Shown piece by piece: positions 54,784 to 61,173 of a stretch of 64,000 nt of DNA (positions within the stretch are counted from its first letter, which is position 1; the number at the start of each line of letters is the position of its first letter). Under the pieces are notes generated by a model, which was given only the letters and a program-made list of their open reading frames with translations, was not told the DNA's origin and searched no databases. A program made the translations under genes and the position numbers. Location: positions 3,016 through 67,015 of IMG/VR virus record IMGVR_UViG_2829740473_000003; one strand, given 5' to 3'. The stretch is from a virus. Taxonomy: Duplodnaviria; Caudoviricetes.

Positions 54784-55419
54784 CTACGACTCATTTTGAA
54801 GGGTCGTGCTCAGGGGCTCGGCAATCGCGACACTAACATCTCCGTTCGTTGAAGTCTTCAGAATACAAAGAATAATACGCCCATCAAGTCTGTTAATGTG
54901 ATGCGACTCTAGCAATCTAATCAATTTATTTGTGTATAAAACTAGATCGTCAATTTCGTACTTGATCGGATATTTTGGTTTAATTAATTTTTTTAGGCTC
55001 CCCTTGTGCAATATATCCCCGCACTCTCTCACCAATTTGATCATTTCATCTTTTGTAAGATATGGCTCTGTCTTTGGGGTTATATTGTTTAGTCGTCCAT
55101 TTTCCGTTCGGACGTGGGGGGTTGGGAAGAAATCGCTGTGAAGATCTGAAAGTCTATTTATTATTTCATCAGCTGCGTACTTTTTTCGTAAATCAGAAGA
55201 TTGTGTTGCTTTAATATCTTCATGGGCAACGAGACAGCCAAGCGCTACAAGTTCGCAAATCATACGAAGTTGTAAAAAGCCAAACTCTCTTCGTATTGGA
55301 AATGGAAATAGGAGTGGGTGCGCTAAAAGTTGATTAATAGCTCCAATCCTAACCTTCACTTCATCCATCAGCGATGCGTATAAATCGAGAGACTGTTGTA
55401 CGGGATCATTTTTTGCCAT
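54784..55419 (-). CDS. AT-rich helical protein, HEPN-like
   Basis: LQLRMICELVAL and RECGDILH (R-x6-H) motifs; 2-nt gap after SRAP. Confidence 0.55.
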   Translation of the reverse strand: MAKNDPVQQSLDLYASLMDEVKVRIGAINQLLAHPLLFPFPIRREFGFLQLRMICELVALGCLVAHEDIKATQSSDLRKKYAADEIINRLSDLHSDFFPTPHVRTENGRLNNITPKTEPYLTKDEMIKLVRECGDILHKGSLKKLIKPKYPIKYEIDDLVLYTNKLIRLLESHHINRLDGRIILCILKTSTNGDVSVAIAEPLSTTLQNES

Positions 55420-55421
55420 TT

Positions 55422-56195
55422 CTACTCTCGAATGATATTTCTCGACAGATCAGCTGCGCCTTGCTTCTTAAGCTCAGGTGTTGCGTCGCTTTTTACGCCC
55501 CGCGCCACGATCTGCAGCGCGCCAGCAACTAGCGGGCGCTGCAATACCTTCGCATCCTGCCATGGCGCCGTCATCCAGATTTCTATCTCCTCCGGCTCCG
55601 TGAGGATCACCGGCATCGCCTTCGGGTGGATGCTCGCGACCGGCTCGCTCGGCTCCGTGGTGAGAAACCCGAACAGGTCGATGGTCTCCACGCCAGTCTT
55701 GATCTTGCGGACGCAGGTCCATCCCGTCGTCCAGATCCCGGCGAACACGGCCAGCGGGCGTTCTTCCGAGAACGCGAACCACACGTCCCCGCCGGCGGCC
55801 TTGTTGAATTCGCTGAAGCTGGTGAACGGCACGACGCAGCGGTTCGCCGGCCCCAGCCACCGCTGCCAGTGCTTGCTGCTGGTGTTGCGGATGTTCGTCG
55901 TCCCGGCGTCCGGTTCCAGGCGCAGCAGTTCCTTGAAGTCAAAGGCCTGCCCCTTGGCCTCCAACTTCGCGGCGCGCTTCTTGGCCGCCTCCATCAGCGC
56001 CAGCTGGGATGACGGCATGCCCCATCGCGCCATAGCGATCTCGCGCGCGCCGTCGGCGCCGGTCCGCACGATGGGCGCCTCATAGTCCGGGAAAATGCCC
56101 GGCTGCGGCGGCAGGTTGCCCACGAGGCTCCGCGTGGCGCGCACCAGATCGATGATCGCCTGAACGTTGGAGGTGTGGCTGTAGAGGTTGCACAT
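55422..56195 (-). CDS. SOS response-associated peptidase (SRAP/HMCES family)
   Basis: N-terminal MC, RWGM, RCVVP..F.E, AGIWT, LTT....V..IH..MPVIL. Confidence 0.92.
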   Translation of the reverse strand: MCNLYSHTSNVQAIIDLVRATRSLVGNLPPQPGIFPDYEAPIVRTGADGAREIAMARWGMPSSQLALMEAAKKRAAKLEAKGQAFDFKELLRLEPDAGTTNIRNTSSKHWQRWLGPANRCVVPFTSFSEFNKAAGGDVWFAFSEERPLAVFAGIWTTGWTCVRKIKTGVETIDLFGFLTTEPSEPVASIHPKAMPVILTEPEEIEIWMTAPWQDAKVLQRPLVAGALQIVARGVKSDATPELKKQGAADLSRNIIRE

Positions 56196-56251
56196 GGCTG
56201 GAGGCTACGGCACAGCGCCGGCCGCACGCCAGCCCCTATATCTCGTGGCTT

Positions 56252-56266
56252 GTTCTCTTTTCGTTC
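56252..56266. promoter_or_regulatory. LexA box between divergent SRAP and small genes
   Basis: GTTC-TCTTTTC-GTTC. Confidence 0.8.
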
Positions 56267-56300
56267 TCATGGAATCCATAGGCGCAGATCAGCGCCGGAG

Positions 56301-56516
56301 ATGACCATGTCGAGCGAGCCCCAGCCCGCCGAGCAAACCCCTTTTGACGTCAGCGATGCAGAGATTGAGGAGGCCTTGGCGGCTTGCGACGGCGATCCGC
56401 GGGCGACGATCCGCGCGCTCCTCGTCGGCCAAGCCTACCTTGAGCACGAGATGTCCCGCCTCCAGGCGGACGCGTCGTCGGGCTTCCGCCGGCGTCGCCA
56501 CGCTCTTGGGGATTGA
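56301..56516 (+). CDS. Small conserved protein (CDGD.RATIRALL family)
   Basis: GGAG RBS; divergent from SRAP across the LexA box. Confidence 0.7.
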   Translation: MTMSSEPQPAEQTPFDVSDAEIEEALAACDGDPRATIRALLVGQAYLEHEMSRLQADASSGFRRRRHALGD

Positions 56517-56517
56517 G

Positions 56518-56742
56518 GTGGGCCGCCGATCCAAGCGGTATTGGAGCTCGGCCGACCGAGAGGCCTTCATCGAGGCTGTGGGGGCGGTCCGCCATCGCAT
56601 CAGCGCCCTGATGAGCACTTGCCCTATTGGATCTCCGGAATACCGTGCGCTTTCGGACCTCATGGAGGCGGTGAACGCGGCGGGCAGATTCCTTGATCTG
56701 AAATGGACCCATCCAGGAGGCAACCAGTTTCAAGGAAAATAG
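56518..56742 (+). CDS. Hypothetical protein (74 aa)
   Basis: GTG start 1 nt after the upstream stop. Confidence 0.45.
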   Translation: MGRRSKRYWSSADREAFIEAVGAVRHRISALMSTCPIGSPEYRALSDLMEAVNAAGRFLDLKWTHPGGNQFQGK

Positions 56743-56960
56743 ATGAACGACCAGCCTTGGACCTCGCCCGACGCGCCGCGCTGGAAGCGCTGGGCAGGGA
56801 ACGCGATCCTAGTGTTCTGCGTGGTTGGGGCGTGGATCCTCCTTCTCCTCGACCCGATCGTTCGGCTGTGGCGGTGGTGGTTCGGAGTCTGACGTCCCGG
56901 CACCGTCGAACGCCGTCTCGGCCGGTGATAGCCTCCCGTCACCACCTGTGGGAGGGAATC

Positions 56961-57203
56961 ATGAAGACGCTCGCAATCGCGCTCGCCCTGCTGTCGCTTT
57001 CTGCCGGAGCCGCCTCGGCGGACACCTGCGTTGCCAATGCCGACGCGAAGAAGCTCGCCGGCGCGGCGCGCACCAGCTTCCTCTCCAAGTGCCAGAAAGA
57101 TGCGGCGGTGGCCTGCAACACCCAGGCGGCTGACAAGAAGCTACAGGGCGCGGCCCAGACCAGCTTCACCACCAAGTGTGTGAAGGATGCTGTGGGGCAG
57201 TGA
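56961..57203 (+). CDS. PsiF-repeat secreted protein
   Basis: Signal peptide plus two C..A..KKL.GAA..SF..KC repeats; GGAGGG RBS. Confidence 0.8.
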   Translation: MKTLAIALALLSLSAGAASADTCVANADAKKLAGAARTSFLSKCQKDAAVACNTQAADKKLQGAAQTSFTTKCVKDAVGQ

Positions 57204-57636
57204 CGGCTAAAGGTGGCTGCAGCGTCGCGCTTTGCTTCGGCCGGCCTCGTCAGCAGCAGCAAGGGCCCTTGGCGCCGTGGTTGTGCCGGCGGTCGGCTGA
57301 GCTGCGAAGCGGTCGGCCGGCCGGATGACCGCTCAAAACGTCGACAAGCTTGTACGCATCATCTGGGCCGGCGGCACGCGCGCCTCGGCCGTCGCGCCTC
57401 CGAATGCCGTGCAGCTCGTCGCAGCGAGGAGCCGCGACGGTGTGGCCGGCGCCATCATCATGGACGGCAACAGGCGTTGAATTCTTGGGTTCAAATCAGC
57501 GACCAGGTCGGAGCGTGTAGGCGATGCGGTCGAATGGCGTGGCGCGCGCAAATCACAATGGCCGACTTACTTCGTTCCCTTGAACGTGACGGCGCTGTCT
57601 TAATTGGCGTCCGATCTGGAGGCGGTCGACTTTGAT

Positions 57637-58227
57637 TTAATCAACAGCGCTTCCAGGCTGACCCTCGGTAACGGGGCTCTGCAGCTTAATGTCAGAATTT
57701 GAGGCACGGGCCTCTCTATGAATTTTTCCGAAATCGAACGTCGAGAGATCGACTATGCCGCCGGATTCAAACAAATAGACCAAATCCGCCCTAGCTTTCT
57801 CCCGATTATTCTTCTGCCAGTAATCCTTTTCTTTCGTTACGTCTGAAAAGCCGATAACCGCATGAGCGCAATAATCTTCAAGGCCGTCATCGATCACGCA
57901 AAATGTTCTGCGCCCATCTATTGCCAGATCTCTGATTCTAGAGCATATAACCGAAAAGCCGCCGACTAACTGTCGCTCCGAATTCTTTTCCAACTTCGGG
58001 TTCACGATTCGATCGAATACTTCCGAGCTTTCCGAATATTCGACCCTGCAAACCGAAAGACTGCAGCTCTTTAGATCGCTTTTCTTGAACGCTGTAGCAG
58101 CTATTTGCCCATCATTGATATCGTCTGGGTCCAGAAGGACGTAGAGAATTCGTTCGTGGCCTTCCACCACACAAGGCGAGTGCTCACTTTGGGTTTGCGC
58201 TTCTTTCGGGCAAGCCTCGCAAAGCAT
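57637..58227 (-). CDS. Putative ART/RES-like toxin, gene 3 of a three-gene operon
   Basis: E.I...LL.P..DG.I...AF..LSV.R..G....IR..D...AHAVI pattern. Confidence 0.5.
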   Translation of the reverse strand: MLCEACPKEAQTQSEHSPCVVEGHERILYVLLDPDDINDGQIAATAFKKSDLKSCSLSVCRVEYSESSEVFDRIVNPKLEKNSERQLVGGFSVICSRIRDLAIDGRRTFCVIDDGLEDYCAHAVIGFSDVTKEKDYWQKNNREKARADLVYLFESGGIVDLSTFDFGKIHREARASNSDIKLQSPVTEGQPGSAVD

Positions 58228-58230
58228 CCA

Positions 58231-59019
58231 TCAAAACTCTTTCAGATAGGCGACCAAATCGGCGGGTGCTCCCCCGGGAATCCTACCCTCGGCCTCCCCG
58301 GGAACAAAACCTTGCCCGAGCCTAAAAGTGTAGCCGAAAGACTGATCGCCCTCAAAAGACACCAGCGCATGCCGCTCGCCATCTCGCCACTCTAAAACAA
58401 TCTCACCATCAGACCCGACGGAGCAGCGTGGAAGCGGCAAGGGTGGCGAGTCGGCAAGGAAGTGACGAACATCTGCCAGTGCGCGGCGCAATGCTGCAAC
58501 GTCTTCGATGTTGCGGCGAGACCTCATCCGAGCGTCGAGCGCGGACAGTATATGCTGATTTACGGAGGGAGCGGCGGTCTCGCTTCCAACGATGCCCAAC
58601 GACTTCGATGCGGAGGACGTCAGGGCCACAGCTCCGAGCAATCGTAATTTGAGCTCCCCCCAGCTCACCTCTTCAGGCGCGGCCAACCGACGCATTTCAT
58701 AATCCGTGGCGAGCTTCACGACGCGGACTGCAAGTGAATAGCCTACGCTAGCGGCCACAGCTTCAACGGATCGAGAACCCGCCTCATCAATCTCCAAGAA
58801 GCGACGGACAGGAGGCGCAAATTCTGCGTCGGCGCGCGTTTCGGCCGACAGCCGGACGATCGTCCTGAATAAGCCGCCGCTCCCGAGGTCTGTCGACGAT
58901 GTCTCATCGCAACCATAGACGACGATATCAGGGTCCACGCTTGCCGCTAGCCCACCCGTGACGCAGGCAGCCAGCAGGCCTTCAGGCGCTGCGAACTGAG
59001 GCGTGGAGGTCATCGGCAT
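58231..59019 (-). CDS. Putative antitoxin, gene 2 of the operon
   Basis: Low-complexity N-terminus; C-terminal PLP.C....DGEIVLEW..SF.GD..Y domain. Confidence 0.55.
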   Translation of the reverse strand: MPMTSTPQFAAPEGLLAACVTGGLAASVDPDIVVYGCDETSSTDLGSGGLFRTIVRLSAETRADAEFAPPVRRFLEIDEAGSRSVEAVAASVGYSLAVRVVKLATDYEMRRLAAPEEVSWGELKLRLLGAVALTSSASKSLGIVGSETAAPSVNQHILSALDARMRSRRNIEDVAALRRALADVRHFLADSPPLPLPRCSVGSDGEIVLEWRDGERHALVSFEGDQSFGYTFRLGQGFVPGEAEGRIPGGAPADLVAYLKEF

Positions 59020-59765
59020 TCACCCTTTTCAGCATTTTCGCACAGCAAATCCACGAGCTCGTTATAGATAGCTAGCGCCTCCGACTTTTCAATCTCTTTA
59101 GCGTTGCCCTGAGATGTATTAATATCAATATCGATGTGAACAAATACTTCCCTCCCGGGAAGCTGTGTAGCCTCCCCAGAAGAGGACAATTGAGCGGCGA
59201 TTATTGTCGGTATATTGAACCCTGTTATCCTATTTATTATTCCATCTGGAGCTTTATTTGAGGTGACGGCCCAATTGACCTTGTAGATCACCTCTCTCAT
59301 TCGCTTAGGGTCAACATTCAGAGAGGAAGTAATCTCAGATAGGGCTTCGTATGCTTGTTCTACAGATTCGGCTGGAATAAAAATTCCTGCCCCTACAGCC
59401 AGCCGACTATAGCCATGTAAATCCGAGTTTATGATACTTTTTGACATATCAGTGAACTTCGGAAGTTCGTCAATAAAAAGGGGGTTGTCACTCGAAAAAA
59501 GGTCACCCGCTGTTGAGCTTGCGGCCGGGCGTCGAAATATATCCTTCCGGCCCGGCGCCTCTAACAGCTCCAGAATCCCCCCTATAGGAAGCTCAACTCC
59601 CCGCCGGCGAGTACCGTCCCGCGGTCGCTGTTCGTCGAAATCCGGCGTGTCCGGGAAAACCGCGGGCCAAATGTCGCCTACCGAGCTACCTAGGCCCACG
59701 CCCAAGAGCGTAAGGCGTAGCTGGTGCACGCGAACCGAAGAAAGCTCCCACAAATTTGACCCCAT
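59010..59765 (-). CDS. TIGR04255-like protein, gene 1 of the operon (start may be 59792)
   Basis: About 250 aa, RLAVG and C-terminal IDIDIN motifs; 10-bp overlap with gene 2; AT-richer. Confidence 0.5.
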   Translation of the reverse strand: MGSNLWELSSVRVHQLRLTLLGVGLGSSVGDIWPAVFPDTPDFDEQRPRDGTRRRGVELPIGGILELLEAPGRKDIFRRPAASSTAGDLFSSDNPLFIDELPKFTDMSKSIINSDLHGYSRLAVGAGIFIPAESVEQAYEALSEITSSLNVDPKRMREVIYKVNWAVTSNKAPDGIINRITGFNIPTIIAAQLSSSGEATQLPGREVFVHIDIDINTSQGNAKEIEKSEALAIYNELVDLLCENAEKGECR

Positions 59766-60490
59766 TCGAGCAGCTCCAACGACCAGCGCCAATTGATACC
59801 ATATGCAGGTGGCGCCGCCAGATTAACATCTGCCGCACCCCTTGAGCGCCCCCATGCCCCGGTCGGCGTGACTTTAGCAACGGCTAATCGGAGATAGAAC
59901 CCATCCTGCGGGTCTCGTCTAGGATGTCCGCCCAACGCTGCATCATCCCCACCCGCCATTTCCAATGTTCGCCGCGGGCGTAGGGCCGACACATGTCGTA
60001 CCTCCACACGGGGCAGCCGCCGCTCGATTGCGTCGGGGTTCCACAGTCCACTTTCGTTCAACAGCGTCGACGCCGTGGCTCGGAAGCCGTGCGCCGCCCG
60101 CCGTGGCCTATTGAGGGCGGGGCAAAAGAGAGGAGGACGTCCTAAAGGACGCTATCGCAGGGACCGCTGCGGACGATGCTGGTGATCTCCCAATCGTCGG
60201 CTGTGGCGTTCGCGACCTTCCGTCGGGGCTTGTGTTCACCATGATCCGGCAGGTCGTCGACGAAGCCACCGCCGGCGCGACGGCGATCCCATAGCGATCG
60301 TTGTAGGCGGGAAGCCCGACCGTCACTGTCGGGCCGGCCCCCGGGAAGGGCCTTCGGGTCTAGTCGAAGATGGACCCCGCTCGATTGGCCTGGAAGCCTG
60401 TCGACTCCCCCGCCGCATCCTACCTACCTGCTCCTCCCGATGTTCGACATGAGCGGAGACCGCCGCCAGCTCACCCATGTCGCGCCGCCT

Positions 60491-60802
60491 CTATCGCTTC
60501 TTTCGCGGGGGCGGAGCGATCCGGCGTATTAGCAGCATGCGCTTTATGACGTGCTGCGCCTCGGCGTCCATAAGATGGCGAAGGCCGACTGAACGTGGGT
60601 CGCCGCCATCACCCAACACTTTCCAGCACAGGACGGCCGCGACGTGCGTGTCATCGAACCTCCTGTGCCCGCCAGGTGTCATTTCTGGCTCATGGAGCCA
60701 ACCATTCCCGACCCACGTCAGGATTTTATATGAGGGCACGCCTGCGATCCTGGCCATAGCCGGCAGGGTGTAGGTTCGATTGAATGCCGGTCGCCGTTTC
60801 AT
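60491..60802 (-). CDS. MerR-like HTH protein, paralog 2
   Basis: YTL..MARIAGV..I..W...GWLHEPEMTPGGHRRFD. Confidence 0.75.
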   Translation of the reverse strand: MKRRPAFNRTYTLPAMARIAGVPSYKILTWVGNGWLHEPEMTPGGHRRFDDTHVAAVLCWKVLGDGGDPRSVGLRHLMDAEAQHVIKRMLLIRRIAPPPRKKR

Positions 60803-61173
60803 CGTGGTCTCCGAGCGGCGGCACGCTTCTCACGTGCAGCGATGAATTCCAGAAGCCGGGCGCGGATGAAACGACGCGCTTCCAACTCCTCGGGTGTAGG
60901 GGGAGCCTCTGGCGGCTTCGGCGGGGGCGACGGGGGCTCATGCAACGTTCGGTATCGACCGAGGATTGCAGCAACATGCGTCTCATCGAACCTCCTGTGG
61001 CCGCCCGGCGTCCTGCAGGGTTCGTGAAGCCATCCCTCCTTCAAAAAGCCTTTGATCGTGTTGGGATGCATCCCCACAAGTCGCCCAAGCTGCCGCGTCG
61101 TGTACAGCCGCGGCTGGCTTCCGCTGCCTTCAGAACCGTGATGATCTGCCTCAGCGTCGTGAGCCTTGATCAT
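60799..61173 (-). CDS. MerR-like HTH protein, paralog 1
   Basis: YTT..LGRLVGMHPNTI..GWLHEPCRTPGGHRRFD. Confidence 0.75.
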   Translation of the reverse strand: MIKAHDAEADHHGSEGSGSQPRLYTTRQLGRLVGMHPNTIKGFLKEGWLHEPCRTPGGHRRFDETHVAAILGRYRTLHEPPSPPPKPPEAPPTPEELEARRFIRARLLEFIAAREKRAAARRPR

